Part shown: positions 10,114 through 21,893 of the stretch, piece by piece
Layout: each line of letters opens with the position of its first letter
Position numbering within the stretch: position 1 is the stretch's first letter
Assembly: GCA_963807635.1 (NCBI GenBank)
Contig: CAWEDJ010000083.1
Location: 1 to 45,050, forward strand
Source: an uncultured cyanobacterium
Lineage (GTDB): Bacteria > Cyanobacteriota > Cyanobacteriia > Cyanobacteriales > Microcystaceae
Reading direction: 5' to 3'
Length of the DNA: 45,050 bases
The notes under the pieces: generated by a model
Told to the model about the DNA's origin: nothing
What the model saw: the letters and a program-made list of their open reading frames with translations, nothing else
Database searches by the model: none
Made by a program: the position numbers and the translations under genes

Positions 10114-10323
10114 CTAACTTATAGAATTTTTTTTATTGGGGCTTGCATCTTGAATAATGGATGCCGCCGCAGGAATTTCTTCACCGCGATTAATCTTATC
10201 ATAGATGATAATTGCGGCATAGGCAACTTTTTGCATTTTTTTTCTTCGGTATTCACCCCACAAAAAAACCGATAACTTAGTATTTTCTCGCTAAAATCTT
10301 TTCTTTTTAGTTTTAACCTCCAT
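10114..10323 (-). pseudogene. Possible small protein divergent from rep, with an in-frame TAG at codon 11
   Basis: AAGGGG RBS-like motif; MEVKTKKKRF*RENTKLSVFLWGEYRRKKMQKVAYAAIIIYDKINRGEE... Confidence 0.3.
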
Positions 10324-10814
10324 TCTTAACCCCTTACAGCAATCACAGGTTAGGGAATGGAGCGTTTGCTGATAACATTCACCGATTTCTGCTGAAAACA
10401 GCGAAATATTGTCCTTGATCACCTAATCAAGGGGCCGCTTTTAGTATGACTTGGGTTTGAGAGCAACACAGCGTAAAGAATGCTCTGCTTTGCCGCCAAG
10501 TCAGCACTATTCAATCTGTTTAAAGAGGAAATCGAATGGAGAACCTAACCAAGTTTTTCTGGGAATTACCTATAAAAGTGTTACTAAACCACTAAGGTCG
10601 GGAATCTGGAAACAACCAAACTCTTTTTCTATAGCTGAAAATCCCATACAGACAGTTTTGCCGACTGTCCTAACAAGTCAACGATTAACCAATCGAAGCA
10701 ATAAATACTTATTTTCAGCTTAGATCAAAGTTCACGCTCTTAGTAACCCTTTCTAATAGGTAATTCCCCCACAGCTTTATTAGGTTCTCCTCTATTCACC
10801 CCAGGAGAACTCCA

Positions 10815-13800
10815 ATGATACTCAAAAATGCTCAAAATATACCGTTTTCGACTGCTAACGCACAACAGCAATCCTCTAATAAGCTAAACTCCTCTTTATC
10901 TGACTGGGTTCGCTTTAAAGGGGGTGATTGTCCTGTCTGTCAGGGAGCCAAAAAAGATTGTCGCCAAAATCAAAAAACGACCCTCATTCACTGTCGAGAC
11001 ATTTCAGCTAATCCCCTAGATTATATTTTTCGGGGACAGGATGCCCTGGGCTTTGGGATGTGGGTTTATAAACCTGATGCTCAACAGTGGAACCAAGAGC
11101 GACGAGAACAGTGGCAAAAAGAAAAACTCGCTGACCAGAGCCGACGACTGGCCCATCATCGCTAAAACTGCTCTCTCTGTTGAGTCCATAGACCTTGCTA
11201 TCCGTAAACTCGCTCGTTACTTGGGATTGACCAGTGAGCATCGGCAACAATTACGCGATCGCGGTTTAACCGACGAGCAAATAGAACAGGGATTATTTTT
11301 CTCGATCGCTGAAAATCAGGAAATTCCCCCAGGCATTCCCCCCAACTTTCCTGGGGTTGACTGGTCAGGACAGAAATTGTTTACTCCTAGCCCTGGGATC
11401 GCTTGTCCTGCTTTCAATTCACAAGGGAAGACAATTGGCTATCAAATCCGATTGACCCAAACGGAATCAGGGAAATATCGTTGGCCTAAGGGGCAAGTCT
11501 CTAGCCATCTCCAAAATGGCGAATTACCCCTCACGATTACAGGGGGTAATCTGACTAATGCGACCATTGTTTGGTTAACGGAAGGAATCCTGAAACCATA
11601 TATAACTTCTCAGAAATGGGGAATCCCCTGTATCGGGGCGGCAGGGGGGAAATCATCAAGGCAGTCCTCAACAATTACTAACCGCAATTCAACAAATTCC
11701 TGAAAATTGTCTGATTGCGATCGCACCTGACGCGGGAGCTATCCTTAATAAAAATGTTCTCAAACAATACGAGAAAACCATCAAGCTCTTAACCGAATGG
11801 GGATATGGGGACAGAATTCAATTTGTCTGGTGGGGACAGGCTACCAAATCAGACAATGACTGTGATGAGATTACTCAAGATGAGTTTGACCAGATTCAAT
11901 ACCTTAATCCTGATGAATTTGATGCTTTATGTCCTGATAGTCTCGTTAATCGGGTTCAGAAGTGGTTCAATCAACAAGTCAAAAGATCGCAACCGAAAGG
12001 ATTTGGGGTTCCTCAGATTGAAGGAAAGAATTTGAAGGAGATCGCGGTTTGGCTTGGCTTAAAGAAACGGGAAATGTTCTCGATGCCTCTTTTATGGGCG
12101 ATGGCAAGTCCCATGCCGTTTGCAGTATCGCCAATCCCGTCGGCAAGGTTTGGTATGTCTATCATGACCACCGTAATCCGACGATTGCTCAAATTGCGAC
12201 TGAATTTACCGATTTAATGCCCAGACTCCAATATGGATTAACTCGTAATGAGCAAGGAAAGTTAGTTAAGGCAACACAGGAGACACCCGAAGAAAATCTG
12301 GTAGTTAAGGCTAATTGCATTCGGGCAGAACTTTTTAATCAATTATCAGAAATGGGACACGATCCCAATGAGGGCGCAGGGAGTAATCCCATTTGTCAGT
12401 CCTGTCCAATGGCTCAAGTTTGCAAATTTAACGCTGGCTGGTTTCTCCATGACCGTAAACAAACTTTGTCGGCTCCTAAAATTCGCTGTCACATTGATTC
12501 CATGCCCAGAGATTACGATTACTCCAACGACATCATCATTTGGGATGAATCTTCTCAGAGCATTAAACCCACTAAGATTACGGAAAGCGATCGCCCAAAA
12601 CTCCTCGATGAAATTGACCGAGCGAGAGATTTTCTGTCTTCTGAACAATATCAGGACGTTGACAAAATTTTCCAATCGATTAAGGGATTATTTGAGAGTC
12701 ATCAGGTTTTTGGGGAAACCCATCAAACTATTTTGGCTCAGGTACAAGAGATTGACTTGAGTTTTCTGAATGATGTCATTGAGGCAATTTCAGTCCATTC
12801 CTTCAATTTATTTGATATTTTTCAAGTTGCCGATACCTTAGACCTCAGTAGTCACGATAAAAAGGAATTCAAAGGAGCCTATAAATCGGCGATCGCCCAC
12901 CTCCGAGCCAAAGCCTACCAAGAAAGTGAGGAGAATCTTCAAAAACTTCCTCCTAATGCTCTCTTTTACCTACTCAAAGCGATTCGAGGCGACAAAGGCA
13001 TTGCTCTCCGTATTGCCAAGGGAAAACTGACCATTACCCGCGATCGCCGTCAGGATTATGCCCACATCTTTAAGACTGCCAAGAAGAATATTTTTCTCGA
13101 TGCAACGGCTAATACTAAGCGAATTCAGGAAATCACAGGGTTAGAGGAGAAAATGATTGCTATTCGTCGTAAACAGAATGCTCCCCTCCGTAACCTGATT
13201 ATTCACCAAATTAACACTCAAGGTGTCGCCAGTCCCCGCCGAATGACGGATAAAGCGTTCAATCGAGTTAAATGCGTTTTAGAGGCGTTAAAACAACTCT
13301 ACGGTAAGATTCCCCTGATTGCCCATAAATGTCAGGGAGATCACTTGGAGATAGAGGGTTACTGGTTTAACCACAATCGCGGTTCTAATGCCTTTGCAGG
13401 TAGTCCTAATTTTGCCACTCTCGGTTTGCCCTATGCCAACAAGGGAGCGATTGAGGATGAATATTTTGCTCTCAATGGAACCCTTGATGGTTTTGAGGAA
13501 TATTATGAGTCTCGGAATAAGGAAGAAATTCTTCAGGGGGCGGGTCGTCAGCGAGTAAATCGCTACCCTGACCAGCAATTTCATTATTTTGCTTTGGTTC
13601 CGCATGGAACGGATTTATCTTGGCTGTCTCAATATGGGGCTAAGGTGATTGTCCAAGATGCCTTTGAGATTACCCCCGAAGCGGGGAGTGAAACCCAATA
13701 TGCCCGTCATCAATTGCTTCAAGCTGCCCTTGATTGTATGGAAAAGGGAGTTAAGGTGACTCAAACTGCGATCGCCCAAGTTCTGAAGAAAAGCCAGCAG

Positions 13801-14130
13801 TCTATCTCGAAAGCCCTACGAAAAGCAGGGATTTCTCTTCGTGAACTTTCCAAAATGATTGAGGAAAAAATTACAACCACCCCCTATAAGGACTCTATAG
13901 GAACTGGTTGTATTTCTAATGAATTTCTCAAGGATTGGGCTTGGTTTTTTGATTTACCCCTAGACGCGATCGCTGAGGAGATTATTAGAGTCATTCAGGA
14001 TGGGGGATTGGCAAAACTGAAGGAATATTTGGAAGATTATCCCAACTTCGCTCAGGCTAAGGTTTTAGGGCTTTTATGGGGACTGATGGACACCGAACAC
14101 ACTTTTATGTCTGAGCAGTTGAAAACGTGA
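10815..14130 (+). CDS. Plasmid replication protein: Zn-finger + TOPRIM-like primase + helicase-like domain (three apparent frameshifts near 11162, 11651, 12027)
   Basis: CPVC..DC..HC zinc motif, WLTEGILKP, IAPDAG, WWGQ..DCDE, MGDGKS P-loop, IIWDE, FLDAT, QGAGRQR; fragments join with single-base corrections. Confidence 0.75.
13872..13912. repeat. Imperfect inverted repeat near the 3' end of rep
   Basis: TACAACCA-N4-CTATA-N7-TATAG-N4-TGGTTGTA. Confidence 0.6.
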
Positions 14131-14546
14131 CTTAAAACAGATTTCGAGCAAACCCACCACAAGACTAAAGGAGCTAATTCTTTCTGGCACTGGTTTTGAT
14201 GGTTTCCATATATGACATAGCTGATTCCAATTTGCTGTAAGCTTACTGGAAAGGATAAAAGAGATTTTTCTCTCGCTTTGCTTTTTTATTGTATCCTGCT
14301 ACAACTTTTCCCCATTCCTCAATTTAGAATTGTTGGTGTCTAAATTTAAGGAGTAAAATTTTGTTTGAAGAATGATATTATATTTTTTGTGCATTATATT
14401 TTATAGGACTCAATTTGCTTTTCACAAAATATTTTTGTTCCATGAGATATGATCGAGTTTAGTTTTTATAAATTAAAGTTTTGAAACTTTTAAAAATAAT
14501 TTGATAGGATGGTAAGTACTATTTTAGCCAAAAAGGAGTTAAAGCG

Positions 14547-15158
14547 ATGTTAAAAGATTTAGATGAAACCTTAAAATTGCTATTAATTAATAATTTAAAA
14601 GATGATTTCGTTGATCAAAGTGGGTATAAAATTAGTTTTGAGCCACCCAGTCAGGAAATTGAAAATAAAAAAACTATTATCAACCTTTTTTTATATGATA
14701 TACGAGAAAATATTGAACTGCGTAGTTCTGTCAGAAGTTGGGATAAACCTATAAAAAATGAAGGAGTATCAAAAAGGGTTTTTGCTTCAACTAGGGTTGA
14801 TTGTTCTTATTTAATTACTGTTTGGACTAATAGACCCCAATCTAACGGTGACGATAGTAATCAAGTTCCTTTTCTCTATGAACATCAAATACTGGGAGAA
14901 ATTATGAAAATTTTGCTGAAATACCGTTATATTCCATCTACTATTTTGCAGGGAACACTCAAACAACAAGATTTGCCCGTTCCTATTATCTCACTACGAT
15001 CTGGACAAGTTCAAAATCTAGGTGAATTTTGGCAAGCAATGGGAGGCAAACCCAAGACTTCGATTCATTGTACAGTAACCATTCCTATACCCGTTGATGC
15101 TGAACAAAAAGAAGAGCCATCGGTAGAAACAAAAATGTTAGATTCGGCCTCAGGATGA
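14547..15158 (+). CDS. DUF4255 / Pvc16-Afp16-like tail terminator (cap)
   Basis: LKDLDETLK, ISFEPP, INLFLYDIREN, SYLITVW, EHQILG, FWQAMG. Confidence 0.88.
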   Translation: MLKDLDETLKLLLINNLKDDFVDQSGYKISFEPPSQEIENKKTIINLFLYDIRENIELRSSVRSWDKPIKNEGVSKRVFASTRVDCSYLITVWTNRPQSNGDDSNQVPFLYEHQILGEIMKILLKYRYIPSTILQGTLKQQDLPVPIISLRSGQVQNLGEFWQAMGGKPKTSIHCTVTIPIPVDAEQKEEPSVETKMLDSASG

Positions 15159-15701
15159 ACAGGAAGGCTGACGGAGTGACAAGACTATTTAAAAGGCTTA
15201 TTCAGTAAGGATTATAAATCGGCATGATATAAAAAAATGTAATCTGAATTTGGCTCTTGTCTGAAAGTTCTTATTAATTAAGCTATTTTGAAAGTACGAT
15301 TTTATCGTTAGTGATTCACTCGAACCCAGTTAATCTTTATCGTATAAGGATGGAAGATTTTTCTAAAACGCTTGCCCTATAAAGATTATGGGTATAGTTG
15401 TCACCTCGTCAGTTTAAAAACAGATCCTTTTTTAGATATGAATGATTACTCATACAAAATGGTATCGATATAATAAAATCTATGGATGGGACTGGGCTTG
15501 AATTAAGAAGATCTCAACAGAATTTTGGAGAGAAAATTAAAACTTAATGTTTTACAAGATGATAAACTTTGGGATACAATAGCTCATTATCTTAATTTCG
15601 GAATAACTGATAACTTAGGTGTTCTTGTGTCAGGAAATATTAACTTTATTGTTTTTCCAAAAAATATTCAATCTTTTCTTGGCTACTTAGGAGTTTAAAC
15701 C

Positions 15702-16604
<903 letters not shown>

Positions 16605-17035
16605 TGTTACTTTTTACAAGATTTTCAATGGTGTAAGTCGGGGGGTGCTGAAATATTTTTTGACCTACAAATTTTTCAAATTGGCTCAAATAGCATAATT
16701 CACTGTTACATAAGTTTGTTATTCTGTCAATTCGTAACTCCTAGATGAAAGCAGCATTGTTGTCGTTCTTGGGTAAACCACTAAGCAAACTATATCGATA
16801 GAAAAAAGTCTATGGATAGGGCAGGGCTTGAATTAAAGAAGATCTCAACAGAATTTTGAAGAAAAATTAAGACTGTATGCTTTACAAGATGATAAACTCT
16901 AGAATACAATAAAACATTATCTTTATTTCAGAGCAATTAATTACTTAGGTGTTCTTGTGTCAGGAAACGTTAACTAACGTCATTGTTTTTCCAGAAAATA
17001 TTTGATCTTTTCCTAACTACTCAGGAGTTTAAACC

Positions 17036-19186
17036 ATGCCGACCTATTTATCGCCTGGTGTCTATGTTGAAGAAGTGTCTTCTGGTTCTGCACCGATCGC
17101 GGGACTGGGAACTAGTGTTGCTGGGTTTATTGGTATTTTTACGCCCTCTGACTCTGACTCTGACTCTGACTCTGACTCTGACTCTGACTCTGACTCTGAC
17201 TCTGCATCTGATTCTGATTCTGATTCTGATTCTGATTCTGATTCTGCATCTGACCCCCAATATTATATCAATAAAATTAGTGACGAATTGAGTGATAAAG
17301 AACGCGAAAATGAAGATTCTCCGAGGTATAGGCTTAAAAATTACCCAGTCCAAACGAAAAAAACGAATGTTACTCTGAAATCCAATCCTTCTGAACTTTT
17401 ATTTGGTTATTTTGAACTAAAAAATGATGATACTGCCCAAACGTCAACAATTGAATTTACATCAGCTCCGCCCCAAGGGTGTAAAATCACAGTTGATGGA
17501 GAAGAACTAAAAGAAGTTGGGGATGGCAAAATCAAGGAATTTAAGCTTAAAAATCACTCAGCAAAAACTAATACAACGACTGTTGATTTGACGTGGGCTA
17601 TACCCGAAAGTGGCTTTGAACTACAAAAAGATAACACTGGCAAAATTTCCAAAATTACATTTACATCGGCTCCCCCTAAAAAGACAAAAATCAATATCAA
17701 TTACTTTCTAAGTTCCGATCCAAATACTCCTATTAAAAAAATTAAAAAAGAAGACGAACAAACAGGGGATGGCGAAACCAAGGAATTTAATCTGTCAAAA
17801 TACCCAGTTACCCTTAGTGTTTTTTTTAATGATGAAACTGAGCAACAAAAACATTTTGAACTAGAAGGGAAAAAAATTGTATTTAAGACAGCTCCCCCTT
17901 CAGGGACAAAAATCAAGATTAAGTACTCTTTATCTCATAATCCAGATACTCTTATTGAAGAAGACGAACAAACAGGGGATGACAAAATCACGAAATTTGA
18001 TCTGTCAAAATACCCAGTTATTATCCCTAGTGTTGATTTGACTTTGACTTCGTCTGTACGAGCAATGAGCGACCCTACAGACTATTCCTTAGAAAATGAT
18101 ATTACTGGCAAAAAGTCAATAATTAAATTTATATCAACATCACCTCCCTCTAAAGGGGATAAAATCACAATTGATTACTTTTTGGGAACTTCTGCTTCAT
18201 CAAGTGAAATTAAGTTGATCACTAATTTCACTGAATTTAAACAATATTTTGGAGATTTTACAAAGGATACAAATCAAAATATCCTTGTCCATGCGGTAAA
18301 TGGTTTCTTTCGTAATGGCGGAACTAGGGCTTATGTGACCTGGTTGTCCGATGACAAGGATCTGAATGGGGTTTTGGAGAAGTTTGAAGCCATTGATGAA
18401 ATCAGTATTGTTGCTGCTCCTGGACAAACCAATGATAATGTTTTAGGGCAAATTAAAGACCATGCCGCTAAAATGGGCGATCGTATTGCCATCCTTGATA
18501 GTCAGCGCGATAAGGATTTAGGTAGTGAAACCCCTCCATCGGTGCCTGGCTTTACTTCTAACTATGCAGCTTTCTATTTTCCTTGGATACAGGTTTATGA
18601 CCCTGCTACAGAGAAGAATATTTTTGTTCCGCCCAGTGGCCATATTGCTGGGGTTTATGCCAAGGTTGATGGAGAAAGAGGTGTTCATAAAGCTCCTGCT
18701 AATGTTCCTCTTTTGGGTGCTTTGGATTTGAAATTTAACACCAGTAAAGCCAAGCAGGATGGGCTTAATCCCCAGGGCGTAAATGTTATCCGCAAACTCA
18801 ATGGCAATATCCTCGTCTGGGGAGCGCGGACTCTCGGCGGTGATGCAAACGGAGAATTTAAATATGTTAATGTTCGTCGTCATTTTTGTTACCTAAAGGA
18901 TTCCATTGATAAAGGGACACAGTGGGTTGTTTTTGAACCAAATACTCCTGAGCTTTGGGCGAAAATTCGTCGCAATATTTCTGCTTTCTTGACTTTAGAA
19001 TGGCGTAAAGGAGCTTTATTTGGAACAACTCCCCAGGAAGCTTTTTATGTCAAATGCGATGCAGAGAATAATCCTCCTGCTCTACGGGATCTCGGTCAAG
19101 TGGTGATAGAAATTGGGGTTGCGGTGGTTAAACCTGCTGAATTTGTTATCTTTCGTTTGAATCAGTGGTCTGGCACTAAAGAATAA
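17036..19186 (+). CDS. Tail sheath protein 1 with large N-terminal insertion
   Basis: PGVYVEEV, GFFRNGG, PPSGHIAGVYA, GVHKAPAN, VWGART, YVNVRR, WVVFEPN, KPAEFVIFR. Confidence 0.95.
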   Translation: MPTYLSPGVYVEEVSSGSAPIAGLGTSVAGFIGIFTPSDSDSDSDSDSDSDSDSDSASDSDSDSDSDSDSASDPQYYINKISDELSDKERENEDSPRYRLKNYPVQTKKTNVTLKSNPSELLFGYFELKNDDTAQTSTIEFTSAPPQGCKITVDGEELKEVGDGKIKEFKLKNHSAKTNTTTVDLTWAIPESGFELQKDNTGKISKITFTSAPPKKTKININYFLSSDPNTPIKKIKKEDEQTGDGETKEFNLSKYPVTLSVFFNDETEQQKHFELEGKKIVFKTAPPSGTKIKIKYSLSHNPDTLIEEDEQTGDDKITKFDLSKYPVIIPSVDLTLTSSVRAMSDPTDYSLENDITGKKSIIKFISTSPPSKGDKITIDYFLGTSASSSEIKLITNFTEFKQYFGDFTKDTNQNILVHAVNGFFRNGGTRAYVTWLSDDKDLNGVLEKFEAIDEISIVAAPGQTNDNVLGQIKDHAAKMGDRIAILDSQRDKDLGSETPPSVPGFTSNYAAFYFPWIQVYDPATEKNIFVPPSGHIAGVYAKVDGERGVHKAPANVPLLGALDLKFNTSKAKQDGLNPQGVNVIRKLNGNILVWGARTLGGDANGEFKYVNVRRHFCYLKDSIDKGTQWVVFEPNTPELWAKIRRNISAFLTLEWRKGALFGTTPQEAFYVKCDAENNPPALRDLGQVVIEIGVAVVKPAEFVIFRLNQWSGTKE
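17147..17254 (+). repeat. Hexanucleotide array (TCTGAC/TCTGAT) encoding a 36-aa Ser-Asp tract
   Basis: (SD)9-SA-(SD)6-SA-SD in frame within sheath 1. Confidence 0.97.
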
Positions 19187-19187
19187 A

Positions 19188-20306
19188 ATGCAGCAACTCC
19201 AATCTAAACTTCCTGGCGTTTATCTAACGAAAATTAGTCCTTCTCCTGTAACCGAATTGCTCACAGGGGTTCCCATTTTCTTCGGTCTTGCGGATGATAA
19301 TCAGAAAGTCGATTATTGTCCCCGACGACTAACTCTGTTGGGTCAATTTGAACAATTTTTTAGTTCTAAGAAAGATAGTTATTTGGGGGATGCGGTTCGA
19401 GGCTTTTTTGAAAATGGCGGTCGTCTTTGCTATGTCATGCTCTTGCCCGATAATACCTTGGATTCTTGGAAAACTGGATTAGAAGCGAGTGAAACTGTCG
19501 AAAACATCGATTTAGTTTGCGCTCCCGATTTGATGCCAGCAAAGGATCAAGACATTTTGGTTATGCAACGGGAGATTTTATCCCATTGTGAAAAAATGGG
19601 CGATCGCTTTGCTATTCTAGATGCTGTTAATAGTGCTGATGTTCAAGCCATAAACAAGCAAAAACAAAGTCTTATTAGCAATTACGGGGCATTGTACGCG
19701 CCTTGGTTCAGGATTGAAAATCGAAAAAATCCCATTCCTCCCTGTGGCCATATTGCGGGAATTTATGCCCAATCTGACCGAGCGGGTGGAGTCCATGCAG
19801 CCCCAGCCAACCAAGTCATTGAAGGTATTCTCGATCTCCGTTTTCCCCTAACGCCAGAGCAGCAAATCCAACTTAATCAAGAAAAAGGAGCGGGAGTTAA
19901 TGTCATTCGTAGTTTACGCGGACGGGGACTACGGGTTTGGGGGGTTCGTACCCTGAGCGATCTACCTGAATGGAAATATGTCAATGTTCGTCGTCTTTTT
20001 TTGACGTTTAAACGGTGGATTGACTTCAATTTAGCGGATACTGTTTTTGAACCCAATGATTTTTCTTTGTGGTTACGGATACGGCGAGAGTTGACTATTT
20101 ACTGCGAATCTCTTTGGCAGCAAGGAGTTTTACAGGGAGAAACGGCTCAGGAAGCCTTTTATGTCAACTGTGATGCCATCACGAATCCTTCCGAAAGTCG
20201 GGAAATGGGAAAAGCGATCGCCGAAATTGGTTTAGCTCCCACGATTCCAGGAGAATTTATTCAACTTCTTTTGGTACAAACGGGAAATAGTATTGCCCTA
20301 GTTTAG
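19188..20306 (+). CDS. Tail sheath protein 2 (minimal)
   Basis: LPGVY, GFFENGG, PPCGHIAG, APAN, VWGVRT, YVNVRR, VFEPN. Confidence 0.93.
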   Translation: MQQLQSKLPGVYLTKISPSPVTELLTGVPIFFGLADDNQKVDYCPRRLTLLGQFEQFFSSKKDSYLGDAVRGFFENGGRLCYVMLLPDNTLDSWKTGLEASETVENIDLVCAPDLMPAKDQDILVMQREILSHCEKMGDRFAILDAVNSADVQAINKQKQSLISNYGALYAPWFRIENRKNPIPPCGHIAGIYAQSDRAGGVHAAPANQVIEGILDLRFPLTPEQQIQLNQEKGAGVNVIRSLRGRGLRVWGVRTLSDLPEWKYVNVRRLFLTFKRWIDFNLADTVFEPNDFSLWLRIRRELTIYCESLWQQGVLQGETAQEAFYVNCDAITNPSESREMGKAIAEIGLAPTIPGEFIQLLLVQTGNSIALV

Positions 20307-20400
20307 GTTGCTAAATTAGCAAAATAATTTTGGATAAAATTATTAAAAAAAGATCCAAAATTTACCGAGTAAAATTTATTAAACAAACGGAGATTTAATC

Positions 20401-20841
20401 ATGCCTAACGTTATTAATACTCATGACCCCTATAATGGCTATAATTTTTGGGTGGAATGGGATGGTATTGTCCATGCTGGTTTTCAGGAATGTAGTGGAT
20501 TAACGGTTACCCGAAAGGCTGGAACTTATCGAGAAGGTACGGACAAAACGCTGACCCAACGTCAAATTCCGGGTCTCAATACTTACGGTAATATTTCTCT
20601 CAAACGAGGTATTACTGATAACCAAGAACTCTGGAAATGGCATAAAAGCTTACAAGACAGTAAGCCAGAGCGACGCAATGTCTCTATCATTTTGGCTGAT
20701 GATAAAGGGACAGAAAAAATCCGTTGGAATCTAGACCAGTGTTGGCCAACCACCTGGAACGCTCCCAATTTTAATGCCACTTCTGATGAAATTGCGATCG
20801 AAACCTTGGAATTGGTTCACGAAGGCATTACTGTCGGTTAA
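20401..20841 (+). CDS. Tail tube protein (T4 gp19-like)
   Basis: DPYNGYNF, FQECSGL, YREG, SLKRG, IETLELVHEG. Confidence 0.95.
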   Translation: MPNVINTHDPYNGYNFWVEWDGIVHAGFQECSGLTVTRKAGTYREGTDKTLTQRQIPGLNTYGNISLKRGITDNQELWKWHKSLQDSKPERRNVSIILADDKGTEKIRWNLDQCWPTTWNAPNFNATSDEIAIETLELVHEGITVG

Positions 20842-20865
20842 TCAGCCTTTAATTGATAATCATCT

Positions 20866-21228
20866 ATGCTACAAACCGAATTTTCCTTTATTCTTCCCCA
20901 GGGTTATCTGGATGCTAATGGCGATCTTCACCGTGAGGGAACCATGCGCCTCTCCACTGCCCAGGATGAAATTGCTCCTCTACGGGATCCCAGGGTGCAA
21001 AAAAATCCAGGCTATTTGATCATTATTCTCTTGGCGCGGGTCATCACTAAACTGGGGGCATTAGATCAAATTAATACTAAGGTGATCGAAGAATTATTTT
21101 CGGGAGATTTGATTTATTTGCAAGATTTTTATCAACGCATTAATCAAAATGGTCATAGTCGTTTATTAGTTGCCTGTCCCCATTGTCAAGGGGAATTTGA
21201 AGTGGAGACCGTTCCCCTGGGGGAGTAA
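20866..21228 (+). CDS. Tail assembly chaperone (gpG-like)
   Basis: EFSFILPQGY, GTMRL, DEIAPLRDPRV, YLQDFYQRIN, CPHC; ends LGE*; follows the tube gene. Confidence 0.8.
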   Translation: MLQTEFSFILPQGYLDANGDLHREGTMRLSTAQDEIAPLRDPRVQKNPGYLIIILLARVITKLGALDQINTKVIEELFSGDLIYLQDFYQRINQNGHSRLLVACPHCQGEFEVETVPLGE

Positions 21229-21383
21229 GTCGCTACCCCCCAGAGCGTTTACTGGAGGAGGTAGCCTATCTTGCTTACTATTTTCATTGGCCCCATGACC
21301 AAGTAATGAGGATGGAACACCGCGATCGCCAACAATGGGTTGCTCAGGTCGCACGAATAAACGAACAACTCAACAATTCTTAA
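21219..21383 (+). CDS. DUF6760-like small ORF in the -1 frame (gpT-like), no own start codon
   Basis: YPPERLLEEVAYLAYYFHWPHDQVMRMEHRDRQQWVAQVARINEQLNNS*; absent from the ORF track. Confidence 0.8.
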   Translation, partial: GGVSRYPPERLLEEVAYLAYYFHWPHDQVMRMEHRDRQQWVAQVARINEQLNNS

Positions 21384-21399
21384 ACTCAAGGAGCGTGCA

Positions 21400-21885
21400 G
21401 TGAATCCCCTATTTACAAAACTTAATGATGCTTTAAAGAAAGGATCGAATCTTTCTTTAAAAGAACACGATCCTTATCAAAGTTACAACTTTAAAGTGGA
21501 AATCGGAGGAGTGATCGAGGGTGGATTTACTGAGATAACAGGCTTAAGCAGTGAAATAAAGCTTGAATCCTATGAGGAAGGAGGAGTGAATAGTTTTGTT
21601 CATCAATTTCCTAAAAATACAACCTATCCCAATCTCGTTTTTACACGAGGATTAGTCAGTAATGATCTATTTTTTACGTGGTATAAAGCGACCAGTGAAG
21701 GCATTATTGAGCAAAAAAATGGCACGATTCTTTTATTAAATAGTGAACGGATTCCCGTTTTGTGGTGGACTTTTAAAAATGCCTATCCCGTTAAATGGGA
21801 AGGGCCAACGTTCAATGCGAGTAGTGACGAAATTGCGATCGAACGGATCGAACTCGTTCATCAAGGGATTACTAAGGAAAGATAG
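21400..21885 (+). CDS. Second tail tube-like protein (gp19-like)
   Basis: DPYQSYNF, YEEGG, AYPVKWEGP, IERIELVHQG. Confidence 0.92.
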   Translation: MNPLFTKLNDALKKGSNLSLKEHDPYQSYNFKVEIGGVIEGGFTEITGLSSEIKLESYEEGGVNSFVHQFPKNTTYPNLVFTRGLVSNDLFFTWYKATSEGIIEQKNGTILLLNSERIPVLWWTFKNAYPVKWEGPTFNASSDEIAIERIELVHQGITKER

Positions 21886-21893
21886 GTATTTTT

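Noticed and set aside
9721..10814. Iteron origin or oriT upstream of rep
   Set aside because: No convincing direct-repeat array or nick-site hairpin seen by eye, and no relaxase in the window.
16983..17353. ORFs with LTLTLT and RIRIRV repeats
   Set aside because: Alternative frames of the SD microsatellite inside the sheath gene.
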